Assembly: GCA_025352325.1 (NCBI GenBank)
Contig: JANXTR010000053.1
Span: 13,567 to 77,566, forward strand
DNA from: Microbacteriaceae bacterium
GTDB lineage: Bacteria > Actinomycetota > Actinomycetes > Actinomycetales > Microbacteriaceae
DNA: 64,000 bases
Direction: 5' to 3'
Positions 34,584-44,494 of the stretch are shown piece by piece. Numbering within the stretch: the first letter of the stretch is position 1; each line of letters starts with the position of its first letter. The notes under the pieces were generated by a model. It made no database searches and had not been told where the DNA came from. It was given only the letters and a program-made list of their open reading frames with translations. The translations under genes and the position numbers were made by a program.

Positions 34584-35642
34584 TCAGGCGGACGCGGCCG
34601 GCGAATCGACGTGGTCGGTGATGAACCCGCAGCCACACGATTGCCGTACCACCAGTTGGGAGTCGAAGCAGTGGTGCACGTGCGAATCCGCGTCCCGTTT
34701 GCCGAGCAGTTCGACGGCGGCATGCGCCATCTCCCGGACGGGCTGGCGCATCACCGTGAGGGGAGGCCAGCTGAACTTCGATTCGGTCGTTCCGTCGAAC
34801 GACACCACCGCCATGTCATCGGGGAGCTGCAGCCCAGCCTGGTGCATCGCGTTGAGGTAGCCAATCGACTGCTGGTCAGACAGCACGTAGACGGCCGTCG
34901 GGGTCAGCTCCAACTGGAGCATCCGGGTTCCCGCCTCGAAACCCCCCTCGCGCGTGAAGTGGGTGCGGATGATGGGGCCCGGTTCCAGCCCGGCCTCGGC
35001 GAGGGCGTCCCGCCAGCCCTCCTCCCGATCCGTCGTGGTCGCGCCGCCCGTGAAGCCCGTAACCAAGCCGATCCGCCGGTGGCCATGCCCGATCAAGTGC
35101 TCCACGGCGATCCGGGAGGCCTCGCGGAAGTTCGAGCCCACACTGGCGTGCCCGACGACCGGCCGCGCTCGATCGAGGAGCAGCACCGGGATCCCCGCCG
35201 CTCGGGCGACGTCGAGGTCCGGTTCGTCGAGGGTGCTCGCCAGCAGCACTCCGTCGACGCCCCGCAGGATCATCTTGTAGATGACCTCACGCTCGGGGCC
35301 GACCGCCAACGCCGAGTTCGTGAAGATCACCGACAGTCCGCGCTCGGCAGCGGCCTCCTCGATGGCGTGCGAGTACTCCGAGAAGTACGGGTTGGTGATG
35401 TCCGAGATCACGAGCCCGATCGTCTCGCTGACCCCGCGCTTCAGCGCGCGGGCGCTCGCGTTGGGCCGGTATCCCAGCTCCTCGATCGCCTGCAGGACTC
35501 GCTCACGCGTCTCCGGGGCGACGTTCCGGGGACCGGAGTTGACGACATAGCTGACCACCGCGGAACTCACGCCGGCTCGCCGAGCGACGTCGGTTCGCGT
35601 CACCGGCCGATCGCGAGGTGATGCCGTCACTGTTCCGCACAT
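34584..35642 (-). CDS. LacI-family transcriptional regulator
   Basis: HTH VTRTDVARRAGVSSAVVSYVVNSGPRNVAPETRERVLQAIEELGYRPNASARAL, followed by a periplasmic-binding-protein-like core. The start is uncertain: ATG 35642, the track start at 35672, or a downstream GTG. Confidence 0.85.
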   Translation of the reverse strand: MCGTVTASPRDRPVTRTDVARRAGVSSAVVSYVVNSGPRNVAPETRERVLQAIEELGYRPNASARALKRGVSETIGLVISDITNPYFSEYSHAIEEAAAERGLSVIFTNSALAVGPEREVIYKMILRGVDGVLLASTLDEPDLDVARAAGIPVLLLDRARPVVGHASVGSNFREASRIAVEHLIGHGHRRIGLVTGFTGGATTTDREEGWRDALAEAGLEPGPIIRTHFTREGGFEAGTRMLQLELTPTAVYVLSDQQSIGYLNAMHQAGLQLPDDMAVVSFDGTTESKFSWPPLTVMRQPVREMAHAAVELLGKRDADSHVHHCFDSQLVVRQSCGCGFITDHVDSPAASA

Positions 35643-36121
35643 TCTCTGGCCTGGCTGAATCGACACCTGCACGCAGCAGTTTACGGATGCCGCCCCGGCC
35701 GTCGCCGCCGAGCTGCAGCCGGCGATCTGCTTCTGCGTGCATTTCGGATCGCCGCGGAGACACTCGGCGCACGTTCGGAAACCTGACCGGGTCGCACCTG
35801 CTCATCATCGTGGCCGGACGATCTGGGTTTCGGACACTCCGGCCGCTCGGGCCGCGGCCAACTGCACTTGTCCAGAAATCAGGCCGAGGAAGCCGTCGCC
35901 GAGCGACCAGCCAGGGAGGCTGAATGCCACCTCATTCACGCGCTCCGGGGTGACGAAGATCGCGACGTTCCACGTACGCGATTCGCACTGTCATGCCGGC
36001 CAGTCAACTGCAGCCGGAAAGCGGGCACGCAGCCAATCGCCGCTCCGCCGCCTGCCGGCCGCGCCGCCTCCTACACTGAGGCGGGGAAAGTCTCCGGCTC
36101 GACCTGACCTGAGGAGTCCAC

Positions 36122-37717
36122 TTGGACGTACCCGCGATCCGACTCCCGGCCTCCCCCGGCTCGGCGCTCAAGCCCGTCGGCTCACGCGACCGGGCTCGCG
36201 ACGACGTTGTCGACCACTTGGGGCGGCCCGCACTGGCGATCTCCGAGACCACGCCCGCGCAAGCGATCATCGACGACCTCCTCTTCGTTCGCCGGATCCT
36301 GGATAATGCCCGGATCCCTTTCATCCTGATCCGCAACCGGGGCCGGCGACCGGTGCTCGCGGTCGATCACACCCATGCCGCCCGCCTGCAGGACGCGCTC
36401 ACGGCCGGCTGTGCCGGACAACCGTTCTTCGTGAAGGCCCGGACGGGCACGCGATCCGGTCCCGCCCGACGCCTGTCCGGCGATTGGCTGAGCCCGTCGA
36501 CGGCCGTCCGCATCTACCGCGTATTCCGGCGACGAGTCGACCCGCGGAGCGGCCTGAGCTACGGCGCCTCGACCGCGCTCCAGATCGAGTTGTGGAACTT
36601 CGGCGGGAAGTACGTTGACCTCCCGGCGCCCAACATCCTCACGCGCACCCGGATCCCGCTCGGCCAGCTGGTCCCGAGCACGACCGAGAGATTCGGTGAG
36701 ACCTGGCCGACGATCGAGGGGATGTTCGCTCCAGAGGTCAGCGGCATCGGCTTCCCCATCGACATGGTGTTCTCCTGGGTCGGTGAGTCGTCGTCCGCGT
36801 TGCAGGCCGCGCGGAGTGAACGCATGGACGGCTACTCGGTCGCGGATGACGATCGTTCCCCCGTGCGATACCGGCACATCGACGAGCTGAAGTACGCGCT
36901 CCGCTCCGTGCACGTGTACGCACCGTGGATCCGGCGCATCTTCATCGCCACAGATTCGGAACGACCGTCGTGGCTCGCCGATGATCCCCGGGTCACGCTG
37001 GTTCCGAGCCGTGACTTCTTCCGCAACCTCGACGCCCTGCCAACGCACAACTCGCACGCGGTCGAGAGCCAGTTGCACCACATCCCTGCCCTCGCCGAGA
37101 ACTTCATCTACTCGAACGACGACATGTTCTTCGGTCGACCGGTCAGACCCTCGATGTTCTTCTCGAGTGGACTCGTCAGCAAGTTCATCGAGTCCGACCT
37201 CCGGATCGGGCTCGGCGAGACCGATGAGGCGCAGAGCGGCTTCGAGAACGCGGCGCGCGTCAATCGGCAGCTCCTGCTCGAGCGGTTCGGAGTGATCATC
37301 ACCCGCCATCTCGCGCACGCGCCGACACCGTTGCGTCGCAGCGTGCTGGAGAGGCTGGAACAGGAGTTCCCGCTCGAGTTCATGGCGACCGCGGCAAGCC
37401 CGTTCCGCAGCAGGACAGACATCTCGGTGACCAACTCGCTGTACCACTACTACGCGTTACTGACCGGCTCGGCGGTCGTGCAGAACCGTGCCAAGGTCAC
37501 CTACCTCAACACGAACCTGGGCGATGACCTCGACGCGATGGACGAGTTGCTGAAGAAGCGATCGCAGCACTTCATCTGCCTGAACGACGGAGGAGACGGC
37601 GAGGTGGATCCGGAGGAACGGACCCGGCGGATCACCGATTTCCTCGAGCGCTACTTCCCCCTGCCCGCCCCCTGGGAAGTCGAAACCCCCGCAATCGCAA
37701 TGATCCCGGGATCCTGA
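36122..37717 (+). CDS. Stealth-family (CR1-CR4) hexose-1-phosphate / polysaccharide phosphotransferase
   Basis: 531-aa ORF. CR1 is IDMVFSWVGESS. CR2 is RYRHIDELKYALRSVHVYAPWIRRIFIATDSERPSWL...LPTHNSHAVESQLHHIP.LAENFIYSNDDMFFGRP. CR3 and CR4 follow (RHLAHAP..., FICLND). The TTG start at 36122 is uncertain. Confidence 0.8.
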   Translation: MDVPAIRLPASPGSALKPVGSRDRARDDVVDHLGRPALAISETTPAQAIIDDLLFVRRILDNARIPFILIRNRGRRPVLAVDHTHAARLQDALTAGCAGQPFFVKARTGTRSGPARRLSGDWLSPSTAVRIYRVFRRRVDPRSGLSYGASTALQIELWNFGGKYVDLPAPNILTRTRIPLGQLVPSTTERFGETWPTIEGMFAPEVSGIGFPIDMVFSWVGESSSALQAARSERMDGYSVADDDRSPVRYRHIDELKYALRSVHVYAPWIRRIFIATDSERPSWLADDPRVTLVPSRDFFRNLDALPTHNSHAVESQLHHIPALAENFIYSNDDMFFGRPVRPSMFFSSGLVSKFIESDLRIGLGETDEAQSGFENAARVNRQLLLERFGVIITRHLAHAPTPLRRSVLERLEQEFPLEFMATAASPFRSRTDISVTNSLYHYYALLTGSAVVQNRAKVTYLNTNLGDDLDAMDELLKKRSQHFICLNDGGDGEVDPEERTRRITDFLERYFPLPAPWEVETPAIAMIPGS

Positions 37718-37720
37718 AAC

Positions 37721-37739
37721 CGGTCCGGTACCGGGCGGT
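37721..37739. terminator. Imperfect GC-rich inverted repeat (contains palindrome CCGGTACCGG) in the 24-nt gap between convergent genes
   Basis: ACCGGTCCGGTACCGGGCGGT read directly. No U-tract, so at best an actinobacterial I-shaped bidirectional terminator. Confidence 0.25.
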
Positions 37740-37741
37740 CG

Positions 37742-38671
37742 TCAGGCTCCCACGCGTTCGATCGGCCGGGTACGGGTGTCGCCGCGCACGGACGGCCCCG
37801 CGAGGTCGATGCCAAGAGCGATCAGACGGCGAGCACTCTCCTCGGCATCCACGTACTCGAGGGCTTCGGTCCGCTCGAGTGGAACGACCGAGTGCAGCAC
37901 CGTCGTCGGATAGACGTGGACGAGATTGAAAGATCGGCCGCCGTCGCGGGGTCGGGTTCCCCCCTGCGGGACCAGGAGATCTTGCGTGTAGCAGGATGCC
38001 GAGGCGACAGAGACCGGGATGCCCGCGAACGTCGCGGTCGACGAGTAGTGGAGGTGCCCGGCAAGGATCGCGCGCACGTCGCTGCCCATGAGCACCTGGG
38101 CGAGCCGGGACTGGTCACGCAACTCGACCGAGACAGCAAGATCGAGCACACTCGGAATCGGCGGATGGTGCATCGCGAGGATAGTGCCGTCCAGTGCAGG
38201 GCGCCCCAGTTCGTCGGCGAGCCAGGCGAGCTGACTGTCGTCCAGCTCACCGTGGTGCTCGCCGGGAACGCTCGTGTCGAGCATGATGATGCGGAGCCCG
38301 TTCAGCCACATCACCTGATCGACAGGACCCTCGTCGCGCGTCCCACCCAGGAGCTGCGAGCGGAACGCGGCCCGATCGTCGTGGTTCCCCATGCCCCACA
38401 CGATCCGGGCCCCCATCCGCTCGGCGACCGGCTCCGCGAGCGCGGCAAGTTCGGCGTAGGCGGCGGCCTCACCGCGGTCGGCGAGGTCCCCCGTGAAGAT
38501 GATCGCCTCGGGACGTCGCCCGGTGAGCTCGAGCGCCTCGAGCATCTCGCGGAGCTGCGCGGCGCTATCGACACGGTCGTATAAGCGACCCGCGCCCGTC
38601 AGGAAGTGAGTGTCGCTGATGTGAACGAGGACGTGATCTGGCCTTGGAAATTCGGCCTGCCGCCGGGACAT
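37742..38671 (-). CDS. Metallophosphoesterase (CpdA/Rv0805-like class III phosphodiesterase fold)
   Basis: Starts [23 protein letters not shown] at 38671. Motifs are DxH (SDTH), GDLADRG, GNHD and a later GHLH. Confidence 0.85.
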   Translation of the reverse strand: MSRRQAEFPRPDHVLVHISDTHFLTGAGRLYDRVDSAAQLREMLEALELTGRRPEAIIFTGDLADRGEAAAYAELAALAEPVAERMGARIVWGMGNHDDRAAFRSQLLGGTRDEGPVDQVMWLNGLRIIMLDTSVPGEHHGELDDSQLAWLADELGRPALDGTILAMHHPPIPSVLDLAVSVELRDQSRLAQVLMGSDVRAILAGHLHYSSTATFAGIPVSVASASCYTQDLLVPQGGTRPRDGGRSFNLVHVYPTTVLHSVVPLERTEALEYVDAEESARRLIALGIDLAGPSVRGDTRTRPIERVGA

Positions 38672-38778
38672 GTTTCCAATGCAATCAGATCCAGCCGTAA
38701 GTACGCGGAGACATCCCGAGAACAGACTGTGAAATTGTGGTGCGGGGCGAAGTGCTGCCTGCCGCGACTCACAACACA

Positions 38779-38976
38779 ATGGACGACATCATTGACGAGC
38801 TGACGGACCGCGGACTGGTAACACGCTCAACCGGACGCCACCCATCCGGACCACTCTCGACATCCAAGCTGTCTCGTCTTCTTCGAGATAAGTACTACCT
38901 GGGCTTAGTCGGGTCTGCCCAGACTTTGGTTGACACTGTGACGTGCCCCATGGTTTGGTTACCCAATTCAGTGTGA
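38779..38976 (+). pseudogene. Fragment of a large serine recombinase (Recombinase-domain piece only)
   Basis: [41 protein letters not shown] matches the conserved LNxRGIxTxxG..W..S.V..IL.N..Y.G block of serine recombinases. No resolvase catalytic domain lies upstream and no zinc-ribbon or coiled-coil lies downstream. G+C is locally lower. Confidence 0.5.
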
Positions 38977-38999
38977 AGATCTGGCCCTCTTTTGAGGGG

Positions 39000-39632
39000 C
39001 TAGAGGTTGAGTGCGAAGGAGGCTCCCGTCATCAGGCGCAGCTCGTCGACCGATTCGCCCGGAGCGATCGCCCGGAGCACGAGCCCTCGGCCTGTCACAT
39101 CAAAAACTGCGCGGTCACTGATGATGCGATCCACGACGCCGACTCCCGTCAGTGGCAAATCGCATTCGGCGACGATCTTTGGAGTGCCATCTTTCGCCAC
39201 GTGATCGGTGATGACGATCACGTGAGGAGTTCCCGCAACGAGATCCATCGCTCCGCCCATGCCTTTGACCAGTTTGCCGGGAATCGTCCAGTTCGCCAGA
39301 TCGCCGTGCTGCGACACCTGCAGGGCGCCCAGGATTGCGGTGGCGACGTGGCCGCCGCGGATCATCCCGAACGAGGTCGCCGAGTCGAACACCGAAGCGC
39401 CGGGCAGCAGCGTCACCGTCTGTTTGCCGGCGTTGATCAGATCGGCGTCCTCGTCGCCCTCGAATGGGAACGGACCCATCCCGAGGATGCCGTTCTCACT
39501 CTGGAGCGTCACCATGACCCCGGTCGGCAAGTGGTTGGCGACCAGAGTCGGGATACCGATCCCCAGATTGACGTAGTCACCGTCACGCAGTTCCCGGGCG
39601 GCGATCGCCGCCATCTCGTCGCGGGTCCACAT
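39000..39632 (-). CDS. 3-oxoacid (3-oxoadipate/succinyl-CoA) CoA-transferase subunit B
   Basis: 210 aa from [30 protein letters not shown]. Includes the catalytic-Glu region [10 protein letters not shown]. The start lies 1 nt after the subunit A stop. The 370-aa track ORF is a shadow extension. Confidence 0.9.
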   Translation of the reverse strand: MWTRDEMAAIAARELRDGDYVNLGIGIPTLVANHLPTGVMVTLQSENGILGMGPFPFEGDEDADLINAGKQTVTLLPGASVFDSATSFGMIRGGHVATAILGALQVSQHGDLANWTIPGKLVKGMGGAMDLVAGTPHVIVITDHVAKDGTPKIVAECDLPLTGVGVVDRIISDRAVFDVTGRGLVLRAIAPGESVDELRLMTGASFALNL

Positions 39633-39633
39633 C

Positions 39634-40347
39634 TCAGACCACGGTCCTCGTCCGTGACCGCACGGTCCGCTGCTCGATGTTCTTCGTCGAGTCCTCGACC
39701 CGAACGAGCCGCTGCACGAAGATTCCCGGAGTGTGAATGTCGTCCGGGTCGAGGTATCCGTCGATAATCTCCTCCGCCTCCACGATCGTGAGCCGGCCCG
39801 CTGTCGCGACGAGGGGATTGAAGTTGCGCGCGGTGAGTCGGTATCGGAGGTTGCCCGCGGCGTCCGCCTGATGCGCTCGGACCAGCGAGACGTCGGCGAC
39901 GATGCCTCTCTCCAGGATCGCGCGAACGCCGTCGAAAGTCTGCTCCTCCTTTCCCTCGGCGATCGGCGTCCCCACACCGGTCGGCGTGTAAAACGCGGGA
40001 ATCCCGGCACCGCCTGCCCGCAGCCGCTCGGCGAGCGTTCCCTGCGGCACGAACTCGACCTCGAGCGCGCCGGAGAGGTACTGCTCGGCGAACAGTTTGT
40101 TTTCACCGACATAGCTGGCGAGGACCTTGCGGACCTGACCGCGCTCGAGCAGCAGTCCGAGGCCGAGACCGTCGACGCCCATGTTGTTGCTGACGATCGT
40201 CAAGTTGTGCACGTCGGTGTCGCGCAGTGCGGCGATCAGGTTGCCGGGAATGCCGCTCAGCCCGAACCCGCCCACCGCGACGGTCATCCCATCCGCGACG
40301 GCGCCGGCGATGGCCGCGGCAGCACTCACCATGATCCTCGGGGGCAT
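39634..40347 (-). CDS. 3-oxoacid CoA-transferase subunit A
   Basis: 237-aa ORF with [19 protein letters not shown] and [26 protein letters not shown] strong AGGAGGAG SD lies upstream. Confidence 0.9.
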   Translation of the reverse strand: MPPRIMVSAAAAIAGAVADGMTVAVGGFGLSGIPGNLIAALRDTDVHNLTIVSNNMGVDGLGLGLLLERGQVRKVLASYVGENKLFAEQYLSGALEVEFVPQGTLAERLRAGGAGIPAFYTPTGVGTPIAEGKEEQTFDGVRAILERGIVADVSLVRAHQADAAGNLRYRLTARNFNPLVATAGRLTIVEAEEIIDGYLDPDDIHTPGIFVQRLVRVEDSTKNIEQRTVRSRTRTVV

Positions 40348-40357
40348 CCGACTCCTC

Positions 40358-41119
40358 CTAGCTCGTCGGCGGCAGGGCCGCCATCATGTCGTTGAAGCGC
40401 GCGGTCGCGCCGATCTCATCGGGGCGGAGCGCATCCCGGCGCACTCGAGCGCGTTCGACGTAGGCCTCGAGATGCCCGCCAGCCAGGGCCTCGATCGTCT
40501 CGGCGATATAGACCTCGAGCGGCATCGCTCGGGGATCGACGAGGTTGACGTCCATCAGACCGGTTCGCGTGTACGGAGGGGCGACCTCGATCACCTCGAC
40601 ACCGGTGCCTTGGAGGCGGTATCGCAGCGACAGCGTGTAGGAGTGGATCGCCGCCTTGGTGGCGGAGTACTGCGACGACGTCGCGAGCGGCGCGTAGCCG
40701 AGCATCGACGTCACGTTGACCAGCGACGCGGCAGGGAGTGTCTGCAGGTGAGGCAGGAACGCCGAGATCATCCGGATCGGCCCCAACAGGTTCGTCTCGA
40801 CGATCCCGACGAGTCGCTCGTCGTCGACGGGCAGCGACGGATCGTCGGCGAACATGATGCCGGCGTTGTTGATGAGCACATCGAGATCCGGATGCCGAAA
40901 CAGCACCTCATCGCGCAGTCGCAGGATGCTCTGCGGGTCGGTGAGGTCGAGGGGATGCCACTCCATTCCCGGATGCGCAGCCGCCGCTTCGGCGAGCGCG
41001 TCCTCGCGGCGACCCGCGATAATCACCGTGTTGGTGCGCGTGTGAAGCTCTCGCGCCAGCGCCTGCCCGATTCCGGACGCCCCGCCCGTGATGAGGATCG
41101 TTCGTCCCGTCAGCCTCAT
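40358..41119 (-). CDS. SDR-family oxidoreductase
   Basis: Starts [18 protein letters not shown] at 41119, in an ATGA overlap with the NmrA stop. Has NNAG and YSATK motifs. Confidence 0.85.
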   Translation of the reverse strand: MRLTGRTILITGGASGIGQALARELHTRTNTVIIAGRREDALAEAAAAHPGMEWHPLDLTDPQSILRLRDEVLFRHPDLDVLINNAGIMFADDPSLPVDDERLVGIVETNLLGPIRMISAFLPHLQTLPAASLVNVTSMLGYAPLATSSQYSATKAAIHSYTLSLRYRLQGTGVEVIEVAPPYTRTGLMDVNLVDPRAMPLEVYIAETIEALAGGHLEAYVERARVRRDALRPDEIGATARFNDMMAALPPTS

Positions 41120-41994
41120 CGCCGCGCCCCCTGATAAGCGGCCCATTCCCGCCGGACGAACGCCTCAAAGCTGGTCGGATCCCGACCGAGCAGCCACGTG
41201 AGGACGTTCGAGTTCCCGAGGAAGTCGTGCGCGCTGTATCGGGCCGAGATCGAACGGAGCACCGCCAACTGGTGGGGCGCTTCGGCGGGGTCCCGATCGC
41301 CGAGCCAGGCCGTGGCGTACTCGTCCGCCGAGATCTCACGGACGGCGATCGGTCGCCCGAGCCCACCCGCGATGGCCTCCCGGAGTTCGTGCGCCGTGTA
41401 GCGTCCAGCGCCGACCAGCTCATAGGTAGCGGCGAAGTGGCGGGCTCCGTCGCGCAGAACCATGGCCGCGACATCCGTCACATCGTCGAGGTCGACAAGC
41501 GACTGACGGCGATCGAGGGCCCACGACAACTCGAAGACGTCGCGTTCGAACGCCGGTCGCAGCTTGAGCGGCAGCATGTAGTTCGAGGGTTGCAAGATCG
41601 TGAACTCGAGGTCGGATGCGAGAAGGTGCTCTTCGATATCGCGCTTGATCTCGTGCTGCACGAGGTCGGTGACGATCGCGTGGAGTACCGAACTGAGTAC
41701 GAAGTGCTCCACCCCCGCCGCGCGTGCGGCGTCGATGATCCCGAACCCGATTGCCCGCTCCTGCGGATGCAGGGTAGGACCGACGTGGTAGATCGCGCGG
41801 ACTCCGTCGACGGCGGACTCGCGGACGACAGCATCGGCGAGATCTCCCACGATCACCTCCTCGACACCCAGAGCGCGCAGGACGGTCGCGGAACTCTCCG
41901 ACTGCACGATCGCCCGGAGGGGCTCGCCGGATGCCACCAGCTTCGGAACCAGGAGCCTTCCCTGATTCCCGTTGGCGGCCGTGACGAGGATCAC
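41116..41994 (-). CDS. NmrA-family NAD(P)-binding protein
   Basis: Starts [12 protein letters not shown] (GTG at 41994, GTGA overlap with the FAH stop). Typical NmrA layout with FVLSS and LQPSNYM. A degraded paralogue lies at 61755..62375. Confidence 0.82.
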   Translation of the reverse strand: MILVTAANGNQGRLLVPKLVASGEPLRAIVQSESSATVLRALGVEEVIVGDLADAVVRESAVDGVRAIYHVGPTLHPQERAIGFGIIDAARAAGVEHFVLSSVLHAIVTDLVQHEIKRDIEEHLLASDLEFTILQPSNYMLPLKLRPAFERDVFELSWALDRRQSLVDLDDVTDVAAMVLRDGARHFAATYELVGAGRYTAHELREAIAGGLGRPIAVREISADEYATAWLGDRDPAEAPHQLAVLRSISARYSAHDFLGNSNVLTWLLGRDPTSFEAFVRREWAAYQGARR

Positions 41995-42863
41995 GACGGA
42001 GCGCCCGCGACGAATCGCTGCGTGATCCGCCCGATGCCCTCGATCTCGGTGACGAGCGTCTCCCCCTCGACGAGGAAGCGCTTTGGATCCCGTCCTGCCC
42101 CGACCCCGGGAGGCGTCCCGGTGAAGATGAGATCGCCCGGCAGCAGTTCGACGATCTCGGAGAGGCGAGCGATCAGCTCGTCGACCGAGAATACGAGCTG
42201 ATCGGTGTTGCCCTCCTGCATCACGGATTCCGTGCCGTCGACGGCGACGATCGTCGCCGAGATCCCGAGCGCATCGGCATGGGTCAGCTCGTCGAGCGTC
42301 ACGATGCACGGCCCGATCGGGGCGAAGTTCTCGAAGGATTTGCCGACGCTGAACTGCGGAGGCTGATCCTGCCACTGGACCGTGCGCTCCGACAGATCCT
42401 GCCCGACGGTGTACCCGGCAATGTGCGATCGTGCCTCGGCGACCGGGATGCGACGCCCACCCGTCGCGATGACAACGACAAGCTCGGCCTCCCAGTCGAC
42501 CGTCTCGCCGGGCAGCCGCACCTCGACATCAGGGCCGGCGACGGAGGAACTGAACTTCGTGAACACGACCGGCTTCTCGGGGAGCGGCAGGCCGGATTCG
42601 GCAGCGTGGTCGGCGTAGTTCAGCCCGATGCCGAAGACCTGGCGGGGCCGGGGGGACGGCGCGTCCAGGATCGCGTCGGAGAGCGCGGTGGCATCGGGGT
42701 GACCGGCGACATCGACGGTGGTCGCCCAGTCGCCGAGCTCCGTCCAGCGGCCGAAGACGGCCATCGGGTCGGCCGAAAAGGCTCCACCGCTCGTGCTCTC
42801 AACATCCAGGATGTGGTCGCCGTCGACCAGCGCCAGTCGGCCGGAATTGTTCGCAATACGCAT
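41991..42863 (-). CDS. FAH-family hydrolase/isomerase
   Basis: 290-aa ORF with VFGIGLNYADHAAE, PVVFTKFSS and GDLIFTGTPPGVG. Confidence 0.9.
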   Translation of the reverse strand: MRIANNSGRLALVDGDHILDVESTSGGAFSADPMAVFGRWTELGDWATTVDVAGHPDATALSDAILDAPSPRPRQVFGIGLNYADHAAESGLPLPEKPVVFTKFSSSVAGPDVEVRLPGETVDWEAELVVVIATGGRRIPVAEARSHIAGYTVGQDLSERTVQWQDQPPQFSVGKSFENFAPIGPCIVTLDELTHADALGISATIVAVDGTESVMQEGNTDQLVFSVDELIARLSEIVELLPGDLIFTGTPPGVGAGRDPKRFLVEGETLVTEIEGIGRITQRFVAGAPS

Positions 42864-42874
42864 GGAGTCGTCTT

Positions 42875-44494
42875 TCAGGGGGTGGGTGATGCAGCAGGGG
42901 AATGGCGGAGGAATCCGCGGAGGGCGGCCTCGAGAACGGCGTCAGGATCACTCGATACCTGACCGACCCACGCGACGTGTTGATCGGGTCGAACCAGCAC
43001 GAGCTGATTGTTACCGGCCAATCCGAAGCCTCCCTCGGCGGGGTCGACGAACGTGATCTGGATCCGTCGGCGAAAGGCGGCCGCGGTCCACACCTCGTTC
43101 GGCGGGCCGAGCAGCGTGAACTCGGGACCGAGAATGTCGTACAGCGACATCCCCTCGGCATTTCGCGTGTGCGGCAGACGGTTCCCCGCGGCCAAAATCG
43201 GTCGGTAGACGTCGCTCGACGGCGCCTGAGCGACCGCGTCGGCCCCGTACCCGTAGCCGAGAACCAGACCGAGGCTGAAGAACTCGACGCGCTTCGCGTT
43301 CTCAATCGGGCCGGCCGCCGCGGCGCGTGCCTGCTCGCCGGCCTCACCCCCCGCCATGAGCTCGGCAGAGGTGAGGTCGACCGACAGCGCCCGCATGTTC
43401 GTGGCCGCCAGTTCGATCGTCTGCTGAGCAATCGGCATCCGCTCGTCCTCGTAGCTGTCGAGGAGCTCGACCGGCGCCCACCCGTTGAGGACGGCGGCCA
43501 GCTTCCAGGAGAGGTTGACCGCGTCACCGACGCCGGTGTTGAAGCCGTGCCCACCCCACGGCGGGTTCTGATGAGCCGCGTCACCGACCAAATATGTGGA
43601 ACCCGATCCGTACGAGTCGGTCAGCAGCATCCTGGCCTGCCACGGGTCGGTGGCCAGGATCTCGACATCGATGTCCGCGCCAGCAAGTCCGCGCACGAGC
43701 GCGGCCGCCTCCTCATCGTCGGCGATCGTCTCAACGCCTGTCGCGATCGCCCACCACGTCCCCTCCAGCGAGAGCGGCCCGATCACCCCGGGAAACTCCG
43801 GGTTCAGCACCCAGTGGTGCACCGCTCGTCGCTCCGGCAGCAAGCCGGCCAACTGCGTCGAGCGGAAGGTGATGTTGACGTTTGGCCGGCCGGCGGCGAC
43901 CCCGACGTAGTGGGCGCCGAGAGCAGCGCGGACCACGCTGCGCGAGCCGTCGGCGCCGACGAGATAGTCGCAGGTGACGACGGACAGCACACCGTTGGCG
44001 TCCTCGATCCGCACGCGTGGCCGTTCCCCCTCCAGATCGACGTCGATCACACGAGATCCGTATGCGGTGCTGACCGACGGGAGGTCGGCAAGCAGCGCAC
44101 GCAGCGCTTCCTCGACGATCGGCTGGGTGACCTGCTGCGCACCCTCCGCTGTCAGGCCCGAATCGAGCAGCTCGAGTCCGAGCACGCCCGTCAGTCGGGT
44201 GATCTCATGCCCCGTCGCGGTCGTGCAGAATCTCACCTCGTCTGACCATTCAGCCGGAATCGGGGCGCGCCGCCGGATCTCTGCTGCCGCGCCGGTGCGA
44301 CGGAAGAGCTCCATGGTTCGAGCCGACGTGGTCTTCGCCCGCGGACGGGAGTGCTCGACGTCGACACGGGGTTCGACCAGGAGAGAGCCGATTCCGTGGA
44401 ACGCGAGCTCCAGCGACATCGTCAGCCCGACGGGTCCGCCTCCGACGATCACGACCGGGACGTGCTGACCGGCAGTCGGCGACGTGATCACCAC
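42875..44494 (-). CDS. FAD-dependent aromatic-ring monooxygenase (PheA/TfdB/MhpA class)
   Basis: 539-aa ORF with GxGxxG VVIVGGGPVGL, the DG motif and GDAAHQNPPWGGHGFNTG. The second GTG at 44491 would give a GTGA overlap with the VOC stop. Confidence 0.9.
   Translation of the reverse strand: MVITSPTAGQHVPVVIVGGGPVGLTMSLELAFHGIGSLLVEPRVDVEHSRPRAKTTSARTMELFRRTGAAAEIRRRAPIPAEWSDEVRFCTTATGHEITRLTGVLGLELLDSGLTAEGAQQVTQPIVEEALRALLADLPSVSTAYGSRVIDVDLEGERPRVRIEDANGVLSVVTCDYLVGADGSRSVVRAALGAHYVGVAAGRPNVNITFRSTQLAGLLPERRAVHHWVLNPEFPGVIGPLSLEGTWWAIATGVETIADDEEAAALVRGLAGADIDVEILATDPWQARMLLTDSYGSGSTYLVGDAAHQNPPWGGHGFNTGVGDAVNLSWKLAAVLNGWAPVELLDSYEDERMPIAQQTIELAATNMRALSVDLTSAELMAGGEAGEQARAAAAGPIENAKRVEFFSLGLVLGYGYGADAVAQAPSSDVYRPILAAGNRLPHTRNAEGMSLYDILGPEFTLLGPPNEVWTAAAFRRRIQITFVDPAEGGFGLAGNNQLVLVRPDQHVAWVGQVSSDPDAVLEAALRGFLRHSPAASPTP

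Noticed and set aside
38981-39000. Short hairpin GCCCTC-TTTT-GAGGGG next to the CoA-transferase B stop as a terminator
   Set aside because: The stem is only 5 bp with a mismatch, and no U-tract follows on the transcribed (minus) strand. This is too weak to call.
44315-44324. GGTTCGAGCC, resembling a tRNA T-arm
   Set aside because: It lies inside the well-supported FAD-monooxygenase reading frame, and no acceptor, D or anticodon stems are foldable around it.
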